A stretch of DNA of 64,000 nucleotides, taken from NCBI GenBank assembly GCA_028826165.1, contig JAPDFW010000011.1, positions 124,001-188,000 of the forward strand. Reading direction: 5' to 3'. The DNA is from Anaeramoeba ignava BMAN. Taxonomy: Eukaryota; Protista; Anaeramoebae. Of this stretch, positions 13,501 through 26,400 are shown in pieces. A program made the translations under genes and the position numbers. Numbering within the stretch: the stretch's first letter is position 1; the number at the start of each line of letters is the position of its first letter. Below the pieces are notes generated by a model. The model was not told the DNA's origin, made no database searches, and was given only the letters and a program-made list of their open reading frames with translations.

Positions 13501-16500
13501 AAAAACACAAGCTCTTTGCCTCTGCAACACAGCGCTTAATGCGCAAAACTTACGATTTTTTCCTTTCTGCAATCAAGAAATACAACGACAACTTTGCGTT
13601 TCTTGTCCGCAATGTTGACCAATCCTTTGTCACAACCGGAGGCACAGAAGAGTTTGTTGCCACAATCACAACACAAAGATGGCGCGAAATTATCCATAAA
13701 GTTTTTGATTGGAATTTTGTTGTTCTTAGTGAGATTGAAAATAATCAGGAAAATTTCCGTTTAATTCAAGGTCATAATGCTGCTATAATTGTTCAGATTT
13801 TCAAGAGTATTAGCAAGAAAAAACGCAATAATTTGAAGTTTCTTCGCAGTAGAATCAACCGCAATGTATCGTTGATGATCCGTCATGAGCGTCGGCGTCT
13901 TTCATCTATTCAACTTGAGACTGAAAAACAGGATCGTATTCGTATTCAACGTTTCCAAAAGTTTGAACGATCTAGTCGGCATAAGAATCCTGCTGATATG
14001 AAGTTTGAGAATCGTACTCGTTTTGCAGAGCATTCTGAGATTGGTTATTTAGGGATTCGTGTTAAGCTTGATTCTACTGAGGATCGGAATCGAAGGCGAA
14101 GGAAAACGAAGCTTGTTTATTATGGAGGAGATGACGACAATAATATAAACGAAAATTTAAATATAAATGAAAACAATTTAAATATAAACGAAAATTTAAA
14201 TATAAACGAAAACAATTTAAATCAAAATGAAAATAATTTAAATATAAATGAAAATAATTTAAATGAAAATAATTTAAATATAAATGAAAATAATTTAAAT
14301 ATAAATGAAAACAATTTAAATCAAAATAATTTAAATCAAAATAATTTAAATCAAAATAATTTAAATCAAAATAATTTAAATATAAATGAAAACAATTTAA
14401 ATGAAAATAATTTAAATCAAAATAATTTAAATATAAATGAAAACAATTTAAATATAAATCAAAACAATTTAAATCAAAATAATTTAAATATAAATGAAAA
14501 TAATTTAAATATAAACGAAAATAATTTAAATGAAAATTTAAAATATAAATGAAAATAATTTAAATATAAACGAAAATAATTTAAATGAAAATAATTTAAA
14601 TGAAAATAATATAAATGAAAATAATTTAAATGAAAATAATTTAAATGAAAATAATTTAAATCAAAATAATTTAAATATAAATGAAAACAATTTAAATGAA
14701 AATAATTTAAATCAAAAATAATTTAAATATAAATGAAAACAATTTAAATATAAATCAAAAACAATTTAAATCAAAATAATTTAAATATAAATGAAAATAA
14801 TTTAAATATAAATGAAAATAATTTAAATATAAATGAAAATAATTTAAATATAAATCAAAATAATTTAAATGAAAATTTAAATATAAATGAAAATTTAAAT
14901 ATAAACGAAAACAATTTAAATCAAAATGAAAAACAATTTAAATGAAAATAATTTTTTTTAAATCAAAATAATTTAAATATAAATGAAAACAATTTAAATA
15001 TAAATGAAAATAATATAAATGAAAATAATATAAATGAAAACAATTTAAATGAAAATAATTTAAATCAAAATAATTTAAATATAAATGAAAACAATTTAAA
15101 TATAAACGAAAATAATTTAAATCAAAATAATTTAAATGAAAATAATTTAAATATAAATCAAAATAATTTAAATCAAAATTTAAATGAAAATAATTTAAAT
15201 CAAAATTTAAATATAAATCAAAACAATTTAAATCAAAATAATTTAAATATAAATCAAAATAATTTAAATGAAAACAATATAAATGAAAACAATTTAAATT
15301 TAAATCAAAATAATTTAAATCAAAATAATTTAGATATAAATCAAAATAATTTAAATTTAAATATAAATGAAAACAATTTAAATATAAATCAAAATAATTT
15401 AAATGAAAATGATTTAAATGAAGATATCAAAAAAAATATTAAAAAAGATATTAAAAAAGATATTAAAAAGATTTTCAAAAAAATACTAAAAATCTAAATC
15501 AATCAAAGAAAAACCAACTAAAGAAAAAAAACTCTCAAAAACAAATTCCACAAACACCCAAATCAACAATGAAAAGAAAAACAACCATAACACCAAAAAT
15601 GACAAAAAATCGATTAAGCATGACACCAAGCATTAAAGAAACTCGGAAAACAGAAGGAACACACGAAATAGTATCACAAACAATAGAATGCGAACTTGTA
15701 TATCTTTTATGGACAACACCAGGAGTGCTTGAAATATGGGACAACACATTGTGGTTCTTTGTGGATCGAAACAAAATACAAGAAGATCGACAAGTAAGAT
15801 TCAAAAAGATAAAAGATTACGCATGGCCATTAAGCTCACTTGCACAAATCCACAAGAGACGGTACTGCCACCGCCACACAGCACTCGAGCTTTTCTTCAA
15901 AACACGCAGATCGATTTTCCTCAACTTCACTAGTCAAGATGAACGTTCATCGGTTTTTTTGCGACTCTCAACACATAGGAAAACGCGATTGTCAAACACT
16001 TTTGAGTTTGCAGCAGAAGATCCAACACTATGGACACGCCGCTCGGGAATAACAACGAAATGGCAGCAACACGAGATGTCGAATTTCGAGTATCTGATGG
16101 CACTTAACACACTTGCAGGACGCACTTACAACGACCTCTCGCAATATCCCATTTTCCCATGGGTTCTTTCAAACTACACTTCCCAAACCTTGGATTTGGA
16201 GGATCCCTCAGTGTACCGCGATCTGTCACGACCAGTAGCAGCACTTGATGAGGAGCGGTTGAAGAAATTTGTAGCCAAATACGATCTGCATCCAGAATTG
16301 GATTCTTCCTTTATGTTCCCTTCACTTTATTCAACTTCGCAAATTGTTCTATCGTTTCTTCTCAGACTCGAGCCTTTTACTTCCACTCTTTTCGAAACAC
16401 CCACTCTGCTCGTTGGATTGGAAAATATTCTTTTCGTCTCAATCGCGGATATGTGGAAATCATGTCTTAGCTCTGAAGACAATGTGGCGGAGTTGATCCC

Positions 16501-17899
16501 AGAATTTTTCTATCTCCTGGAGTTTCTCGAGCACGGCAACGCCTCAGTCGCAAATCTCAACGAAATTACGCTCCCTCCTTGGGCTGTTTCTCCCGAGGAC
16601 TTTATCAGAAAGCATCGCGATGCACTGGAGAGTGATTATGTGTCGCAGAATTTGAACCATTGGATCGATCTTATTTTTGGATACAAACAATTTGGCGATT
16701 GTGCTCGAAAAGCATGGAACGTTTTCCATCCCATGAGCTATGAACATAACGCGGACTTTGCGAACCAAGACGCAATGCAGATTGCAGCACGAGATCTGCA
16801 GATCAAACGGTTCGGACAAGTCCCACCTCGGCTATTCACCAAGCCTCATCCCCAACGCAACCCGAGTTCGCGGATCAAAAACGCACTTTCTACGGTTCTC
16901 TGGGACACACGGATGTTTGGGGAAGCGTTGAAAAGCTTCACAATCAATCTCCACAATCAACCTATTGTGTTCCTGAAATATGTGCGACTCAGCTCAAAGC
17001 TTCCGCTTGCTGGTGAGCCTGATAAGATTGTGACACTTGAACTCAACAGGAGATTACTAGTCCATAAATGGCTCACTGTTCGTTCTTCTTCCGTTCCTTT
17101 TTCGTTTGAGCCTGATTCAATGATGCGGAAGAGAACATGCATTGGAGTTTCCTTTGCGAGCCAGATCAACTTTTCCAATTGTTTTTGTGTTGATAAATTT
17201 GGGACATTTTTCGTGAGTTGCGGGTATTGGGATGATAGTTTCAAGGTGAACCGCATCGATAACTCCAAACTCATCCAAAGCATTACCCGACACAAGAACG
17301 TTGTCACTTGCGTTGCGCTATCGAAGGGGTATTTAGTAACCGGGTCAAGGGATACAACAGTGGGAGTTTGGGAATTCAATCGACTCACGGGAATGGTGGA
17401 TCAAAAACCAATCCACATTCTACTCTCTCACAATACAGAAGTGACTGCTGTCGATGTTAATCCCGAGCTCGATGTCGTTGTGAGTGGTGCACAAGATGGC
17501 ACCATTATTATCCACACCCTCCGCAAAGGCAAGTTTGTCCGAGCTTTTTCTTCTGCAGAAAACAGAGGTATTTCCATGATTAAAGTTTCTGACGACAGCA
17601 ATATCATCGTATATACAGCAGGAATGCGTCTCATGAGTTTCTCAATTAATGGTAAACTCCTCAAGTGTGTTTCATCTGACCAGGTTATTTATTCTCTTGA
17701 GATCAAAAGAGATTCACGTTTTTTTATTCTTGGTGGAAAACAAGGTGTTGTTCAAATTAGAAATATTCCTGATTTGGAACTTGTTCATCGTATCAAACTT
17801 GATTTCCCTATTTATTCTTTAGCTTTTGCTTCAAATGATAATTTTATTTTAGCTGGATTTGGGAATGGGAATTTATTTATTGGTTCTTTGCAATTTTAA
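4599..17899 (+). CDS. BEACH-domain protein (neurobeachin/Lvs-like): ARM region, ConA/LamG-like domain, Asn-rich insert, PH-BEACH-WD40; about 6 introns plus homopolymer frameshifts
   Basis: HTALELFF (PH); MSNFEYLMALNTLAGRTYNDLSQYPIFPWVL, ELIPEFFY, ALESDYVSQNLNHWIDLIFGYKQ, FGQVPPRLF (BEACH); C-terminal WD40s; GT-AG introns link the upstream ORFs. Confidence 0.9.
5270..7035 (+). repeat. Intronic 15-bp minisatellite (ACAAATTTATATTWA)n, over 100 copies, in BEACH intron 5241-7039
   Basis: Directly visible tandem array. Confidence 0.95.
8460..8812 (+). repeat. Intronic 12-bp repeat (AAATAAATATTA)n in BEACH intron 8450-8828
   Basis: Directly visible tandem array. Confidence 0.9.
14140..15420 (+). 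repeat. Asn-rich repeat (NLNINEN/NLNQN), probably coding, within the BEACH gene
   Basis: In frame with the 1865-aa ORF at its start; no GT dinucleotide inside; frame breaks fall at A/T runs. Confidence 0.8.
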
Positions 17900-18194
17900 T
17901 TTAAAAACTAAAAATGAAATTTTAATTTAAAAAACAATATAAAAATTTTAATTTAAATTGTTTTTTATTTTTGATTTTATTTTTGATTTTAAAAAAATTT
18001 TTTATTGTTTTTATTTTGTTGTGTTATTGAATAATCAATCAATCAAACCATCAAGATCTTGTCAATTTCCAAACACAAACTGAACTGATTAATTGAGTAG
18101 CAAATGTAATAATATTTTTTCTCAAAATTTAAATGAAAAGGGAAAAGAAATGAAAAAAAAAGAAAAAAAAAGTGTAGTCTAATCAGAAAATCAT

Positions 18195-20186
18195 TTAGTT
18201 ATCATTTTTTTGGTCATTTTCATTATCATTTTCATTTTCATTATCATTTTCATTTTCATTTTCATTATCATTATCATTTTCATCATCATTTTCATTATCA
18301 TCATCATTATCATCAGAATCATCACTATGACTTTCACCAAAATCAGCAAGATTAGCATCAACACTTTGTGCTTGTGGATTTTCCTCAGCAATAGTGAATC
18401 CACGAATAACATTATCTGAGTATCCAGCAAAAAGATTTTTACCATCAGCACTCCAAGCAAGAGAAACAGCATAAGGTTGGATAGCCTTCTTGCCGTGGTA
18501 GTGTACAGGACAGTCAATACGGGAGATTTCTTTCTTAGTTTTGACATCAAAAACTTTTATAGCATCACGAGTTGAAGCGGCGATCCAAAAACGGGTTGGA
18601 GAGAAAAGCACTGAGAAAATTTCACCGCCTGCATCTACTGAGAAGAGCTTGTTCTTTTGGGTCAAATTCCAGAATATAAGTTGTCCGTCTCTTCCTCCAG
18701 TGGCGCAAATACTTGAGTCTGGAGTGGGTGAAAGTGTGCTCACATACTCAGTGTGTCCTTGGAATTCGTGCACTTGTTCGCATCGTGTTAAGTCCCAGAT
18801 CTTCACCATTTTATCTCGTGATGTTGAGATCACTGTTGTGCTTTTTTCTGTGGGGATAAATCGCACACAGGTTACCCAATCAGTGTGTGCGTTTTTGTCT
18901 TTTATTGTGTGTTTGCATTCTCCAATTGTGTTCCATAATTTGATTGTTTTATCTCGTGATCCTGATACAATTTGTCGGTTGTCTGGTGAGAAACATACTG
19001 AGAGTACGTCTGATTCATGTCCTCGAAATAATTTTTTTGATACTCCGTTCTTTAAATCCCATAAACGAAGTGTTTTGTCCCATGATGCTGTGAGTGCAAA
19101 TAATCCATCAGAGGATAATGCTATGTCTTGAACTATGTGTGAGTGTCCTTTGAGTGTTTTTGTTGGGAATGCAAAGCTTTCTCCTTCATTTGTCATTTCC
19201 CATGTTACTATACTTTTATCTAATATTTTAAATATTTATATTTATATTTATATTTATATTTATATTTATATTTATATTTAGATTTAGATTTATATTTAGA
19301 TTTAGATTTATATTTATATTTATATTTATATTTATATTTAGATTTAGATTTATATTTATATTTATATTTATATTTATATTTATATTTATATTTATATTTA
19401 TATTTATATTTATATTTATTTATATTTATATTTATATATATTTATATTTATTTATATTTATATTTTATATTTTTATATTTTATATTTATATTTATAATTA
19501 TAATTATATTTATATTTTTATTTATATTTATTTTTTTATTTATATTTATATTTTATATTTTTAAATATTTATTTTTTATTTATATATTTATATTTATATT
19601 TATTTTTATATTTTATTTATATTTTTATATTTATATTTTATATTTTATATTTATTTTTTATATATTTTTATATTTATATTTATATTTATATTTATATTTA
19701 TATTTATATTTATATTTATATTTATATTTATATTTATATTTATATTTATATTTATATATTTATATTTATATTTATATTTATATTTATATTTATATTTATA
19801 TTTATATTTATATTTATATTTATATTTTAAATATTTATATTTATAATTATAATTTACCATATTTAGAAGTTAATAAATCTGGTCTAACTAATGATGTTGC
19901 ATGTGATGTAACCCATCCTGTATGTCCTTTAAGATCAGAAATATAATCAAAATATTGTTCTTGCTAATTTTAATTGAAATTAATTTATTTTTTTTAATTG
20001 TTTAATAAAATAAAGAAAATCAATATAAAAAAATTTTTTTGTGTTTATTTTTTTTTTTTTTAAATTTAATAATTTGAAATTAATCATAAATTCATTTATA
20101 TTTTTAAAATTTGGTTCTATTTTTTTTGTGTTTGTTTTTATTTTAAGTTTTTTTTTTAAATGTAAAATGATAACAACATCAATCAT
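18195..20186 (-). CDS. RACK1: RACK1 (WD40 ribosomal scaffold) with an acidic D/N/E tail; introns 19220-19857 and ~19964-20177
   Basis: LKGHTGWVTS, GHSHIVQD..SSDG.FAL.ASWDKTLRLWDL, DVLSVCFSPDNRQIVSGSRDKTIKLWNTIGECK; the 9-12 nt first exon is inferred. Confidence 0.92.
19230..19850 (-). repeat. Intronic hexamer microsatellite (AAATAT)n on the RACK1 sense strand
   Basis: (TATATT)n on the + strand. Confidence 0.95.
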
Positions 20187-20425
20187 TTTGTTCTAAACTG
20201 AAAAATGAAAAAAAAAAATTTTTAAATTAAAAAAAAAATTTTTTTTTTATTAATGTGGGCAAAAAAATTAATAAAAAAATAAAATAATTATTAATAATTT
20301 TAAAAAATTAACTAATTAAATAAAAAAAAAGAAAAAAAAAAAAAAGAATAAAAAATTTTTGCTTTTTTTCTTTCTTCTTTTTGTTTCATTTTTTCACTTT
20401 TTTATTTTTTGGAATAATAATTAAA

Positions 20426-23400
20426 ATGAATTCAAAAATTAACGCACTTGAAATTCTTGCAACAATAATAGTTCATTTTCAAAATAAACTTTCCAAATTA
20501 TGCAATGTTATATTTGAAAAATTTAACTTATCCAAAAAGAAAAAAACTGATAAAGAAGAAGATGATATTGAATTAAGAACTTGGAAAAGCTTCCCAAGAG
20601 ATGTTCCTTTTTATTCAGCATTTATCCACAAATTTACTCAAATTTCTCATGATTTCCCATCTGAAGCAATCCAAATGATTTTGAAATTTTTACCTCAAAT
20701 GTCTTTAACTTATCAAGTTATGAAAAAAGAGAATAAAGAAAAAATTATTAATTTTAATCGAGATATTGTTTTTCCATTTACTTTTGATGCTTTTGTTGAA
20801 AAGATTGATAATTTTGAACTACAATCTAATAAATATGAAATTTTATCAAATATTGCTAAAATTTGTGTTGGTGATTTTGTTGTTGATCTTCTTTTTTCTT
20901 TTAAAAATCAAAATATGGTATTGAGTAATGAAACAGCAAATCTTGTTCAAGAATTTTCTCTTCAATGTTTTGAAGTTACTAAACCACAGTAAATATGAAA
21001 TTAATATTAAAAATTAAAATCAAAATCAAATTTAAATATAAATATAAAATTAATATTAAAATTTAAATATAAATCAAAATCAAAATCTAAATCTAAATAT
21101 AAATCTAAATCTAAATATAAATATAAATATAAATATAAATATAAAAATATAAATATAAATATAAATATAAATATAAATATAAATATAAATCTAAATATAA
21201 ATATTTTTAAATATAAATATAAATATAAATATAAAATAAATATAAATATAAATATAAAATATAAAATATAAATATAAATATAAAATTAAATCTAAATCTA
21301 AATCTAAATATAAATCAAAATATTGTATAAATCTAATTTTAAAATTAAAATTAAAAATTTTTAAATATAAAATATAAATATAAATATAAAATGTTTATTT
21401 TTAAAAATATAATTTGAAAAATATAAATCATTTAATTTTAAAAATAAAATTTATTTTTAAATTTGTTTAAATTTTAAGTTTTTAAATGTAAATAAATAAC
21501 AACATCAATCTAAATTTAAATCTAAAACTGAAAAATGAAAAATTTTTAAATTAAAAATTTTAAATCTAAATCAAAAATTAATAAAAATAAAATAAAATTA
21601 ATAAATTTAAAAATTAAATAATAAAATAAAATAAATAAAAAGAATAAAAATTTAAATTTTTCTTTCTTCTAAAAATTTCATTTTTCTAAATTTAATTTTT
21701 GAAAATAATTAAATGAATTCAAAAATTAACGCACTTGAAATTCTTAAATATAAAATATAAATTTTCAAAATAAAAATTAAAATTAAATCTAAATATTTGA
21801 AAAATTAAATATAAATCCAAAAGAAAAATATAAATATAAATATAAATTAAAAATAAGAACTTAAAAAAATATAAATATAAATATAAATATAAATTCAGCA
21901 TTTAAATATAAATCTTAAATATAAATATAAATATAAATCCAAATGATTTCTAAATTTTAACCTCAAATCTAAATCTTTAACTTATAAATGAAAAATAAAT
22001 ATAAATAAGAAAAAATATTTAATAAAAATATTGTTTTTCCATAAATATTTGATGCTTTTGTTGAAAAATTAAATAATTTTGAAATATAAAATAAAATAAA
22101 TATGAAATTTTATCAAATATAAATATAAATATAAATATAAATATAAATATAAATTATAAATATAAATATAAATATAAATGAAATATAAATATAAAATAAA
22201 TATAAATATCAATGTTATAAATATAAATTATAAATATAAATATAAAAATCTAAATATAAATATAAATATAAATATAAATATAAATCTAAATATAAATCTA
22301 AATCTAAATATAAATTAAATATAAATATAAATCTAAATATAATTATAAATATAAATATAAATATAAATATAAATATAAATATAAATATAAATATTTAAAA
22401 TATAAATGTAAATATAAATCTAAATTAAAATATAAATCTAAATAAAATTAAAATTAAAATTAAAATTAAAATATAAATCTAAATCTAAATAAAGAAAAGT
22501 ACATCCTTCATTATGGAACTATCACTCAAACCTTATCTTAGAAATTTGGTCAAACGCTTTACGCTTAATTTCACCTCAAAGAACACAAAAAATTTGTCAA
22601 AGAATTTTTAAAATTCTTTCTCCAAAAAAAAAACAACCAATAGAACAAATCATCTCAATTCTAAAAGGAATCCAATTTATTGATTTCACCCAATCCTCAC
22701 CTGAAATCATTGAAAATATCTTTAAAAAACACATCTCTCTCTTTAAAGAACACAAAAAATCCCAAATTCAATATACTTACATTGAAGTATTAGAAAATTT
22801 AATCACTCAAGTTACTTTCTCAAATGACCAAATAAAATCTCAACAAGTCCAACAATTAAAATCAACAATCGCCGATTTCCAACAAGAAAAAGTCTTCAAG
22901 GCAAAAGCTCTTGCAATACCAAGACTTAATTTTGAACTGGCTTTTATTACACGTTTTTCTTCTGAACTCACTAAAAAATATTTAAGCGATTATTTAAAGG
23001 AAAAATTCATGCCAAACATCTCCAATGAAAAAAAAAGAAGTGGATATCTCAAATCGCTTTTTAGAATATTAAGAGGCCAAAACAATTCTTTAATCAAATA
23101 TCCTGCTCAACCAAAATCTCGTTTCAATCGATATTTAAAAAAGCAAAACATGTTTTCTCAAATTCGACCTTTTGGTAAGAAACCAAAAAATTTTAAAAAA
23201 TTAGAAATAATATTTAAATATTATTTTATTCATAGAATTCTACAAAACGAACTTTGTTCTTAATGATGCCACAAGTTCCTTCCTTGCTTCTCTAATTGAT
23301 AACATTTTTACTATTGAAAACCAAATGAATCTCCAAAAAAATATCCCAACAATCTCTGATATTGTTTCTTTAATATCTATAAATCACCTTACTTTCAGCT

Positions 23401-26400
23401 ATTCCAGAATATTCACTTACTTATTCAAACAGAATCAGCCAATCGAATTATATTTAATTGGTGCAAGAGCTTTTCACACTATCCATCTTCCTGAAATAAA
23501 ACTATTAATTCTTGAAAAAAATCCTCAAAACGCAACTTTTCTCAAGGATTTAGACGATTTATTTCTCAGTATCCTCCCTTATTTGATTACAAACTGCGAA
23601 ATACGTTCAGGAATATCTGAAAACAACACTTACAATGATGTTCTTCTCTTCACAAACTTTATTGATCCAAATTTCGATTTATTTGAAGAAAAGCTTCTGG
23701 ATCAGAAAATACAATTTTTCCATGAAAAAAACCCCGTATTTGCCCGTTATTTAAAAATGCTCAAAGCTCACTATCGCTCCATTTTGGAATCTTATCGAAA
23801 CTCAAGAAAAATAAAACCAGTTCCATCAATGAAGAAATTCACAAATTTCCAACTCAAAAAAGTTGAAACAACCAAAAAAGTGGAGAAAATTATTTCTGAA
23901 TGGATCAAATTATTAAACTTGTTTTTTGCTCCTGATTTTCTTCAGCTGATACCAGAATTTTCTAATATGTCAAATCTCCTTAAATTCACAAATTTTTCGT
24001 CTTTCTCTCACGAACAGTCCAAGAAATTGGCAGAAAAACAGAACGATTTTCTTTGGGTCGAGCTATACAAACAATTATTTAAAATATTTCCTTTAATTGA
24101 ATTTGATAAAATTTACTCAATGATCGGTAGCATCAATTTCCTTGGTAAGAATATTCTACATCCTAATACAGAATTAGCAACCGTTTGTTCTCATTCCTTT
24201 CAACAAATTTTCATGACTTATCCTGAGTCAAGAAGAGATATTCTTGTTGATTTTTCCGCATTACTCGACTCAGAAAAACACACAAAACAAGAGACTATTT
24301 ATTCCATTTTCAATCAAATATCTGGCTTTTTGAAATTGTATGAGATGCTACTTAATGAAGAAAATCGATTAAATGTTGAATATCAAATCAAAAAGAATTC
24401 TCCAAAAATAACATTTGATTTTGAAGATAAAACAAAGGAAATCAAAAAAGTTAGTTTAGCATCAAATTTGCCATCGGCACCAATCGATAACAAACTTAAA
24501 AATGAAAACAATGAAAACAATGAAAATAATGAAATTGAAATTGAAAACAATGAAAATAATGAAAATAATGAAAATAATGAAAATAATGAAATTCAAATTG
24601 AAATTGAAAATGAAAATAATGAAAATAATGAAAATGAAAATGAAAATGAAAACTTCAATATTCCAGACTTGACACAAGAATCATGGTTTATTCACTTTGA
24701 TACAATTTCAGCTGCATATCTTTTTCACAAATGCCTGAAATCCGCAAAAAATGCTTCTCGGTTGCTAAAAAAATCAAAAGAATCCTTTCTCTTTGTGAGA
24801 ATATCAATCAGAACAAAACCAAAGAAATTCTCCTGATTGATATTCTGCAAGAAAATGAACAGAATATCAGCTCTGATATCAAAGCATCATTTATTTCAGA
24901 ACTACTTCTAGGTCTAAACAAAGATCTTCGAATCACAAACGAATACCAAAATATAACATTTAAAGATGCTCTTGTTTCGTATCATCCAATAATATGGATT
25001 CTTTATCTAACACGAATCGCAAAATTGCTCATCAAGATAAAAAGTTTTGATGATCTTAATTGGCTCCACAAAATAATCCTATTTCACATTAAGAAAATCA
25101 ATTCCTCAGTAGATAGTCCACCTTCCCAATTCTCTTCAGATGTTTTCTATCAGTGGCTAAATCTTCACGCATTTCTATTCAGTTTGGTTTCTTTTCCTGA
25201 AAGCAAATCCGAAGAGATTTCCATCAATAATGAAAGGTCAGAAACTTTCCAGAAATTCAAAAAACTGACTGAAAATGCAACTCAAGTCTTCCCCATTTGG
25301 TTCGAAACTCTCTTCTCAAGTACAAAAATAAAAAAGAAATACGTCTCCTTCACAACAGGCCAATGCTCAAATTCTTGGCTTTTCCCTATCATCCTCACTT
25401 TCATATCAAAATCTATTCAGTCTCTTGAGCTAAGAGAAAAGGTTCCAGAAATCGAAAATCAATTTTACAAATCCATATTCTCAATCGCAAGAATGGTGTT
25501 ATCGCAAAATGATATTGATGTTGTTCTCAAATTAAATCCGGAGCTAATCAAGAACACGCTCTTGTTTTTCGAAACAAGCGAGAAGATCATTGAAAAGAAG
25601 CAAGAACTAAATATGCCTGATAAAAAGCATCTTTTCAAAAAAGCAGTATTTTCTCATATTTGGCAAATCCAACCTTTCGAAATATGCATCAACTATTGCC
25701 TCATGGTTTACCATTTGCTAAATAGTGTTGTTATCAAACCAAGCTACCAAACATTTGGTATTATCCAAAAGAGCTTCCATTCAACTAAGCTCATCTCCAA
25801 AAATTGGCAAAAAGAAAGACGGTATAAAACATTTAAATTACTTCAACTGTGGACAGGTTTTGGCAATGAATCTATCAACTTTTTCCGTTTAATATCTGAA
25901 AACATGGAAAAAATAGTAAGCAAGATCAAAGATTCTTCAAAAGTGGAAAAAAAGTTACCCAAATTCAATTGGAAAATAAGCCGTTTGAAATTATCAACTA
26001 ATTTAGCTTCACTTAAATTGGTGAAAGTCGGCAGATTACTTAATCCAAATGAATTAAAAGAGACCATTTCTTTGCTCCCATCTTTCGAGCAAATTTATCG
26101 TAAATCTGCGTCTGCTTTCTTCTGCTTCCATTTCCCTGAATTGCTAGAAACCTTTATTACAAATGCGTTTTCTTCTTCAGATAGGGCATATGTTTACTAT
26201 CGTTCAATCTATAAGCAGCTTATCGGTAAAAAGCATTTGTATGCAGCTATTGACAACAAATATGATTTAGAGACGCACGAAATCATCACAATAGAAAACG
26301 AGAAGCAAAAATCATTGATTCGACTCTTTCAAAGCAAGAAAGGCGCACTCATCCTTTTGGGTCTTGTTTATCTTCATGATATTAGTCAGTCCATACGCGA

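Noticed and set aside
18030-18115. Slightly GC-richer island between the convergent BEACH and RACK1 genes as an ncRNA
   Set aside because: No box motifs or convincing stem; most simply 3' UTR
19220-20177. Intronic C/D snoRNA in RACK1, as in yeast and vertebrates
   Set aside because: No sense-strand RUGAUGA/CUGA pair in either intron
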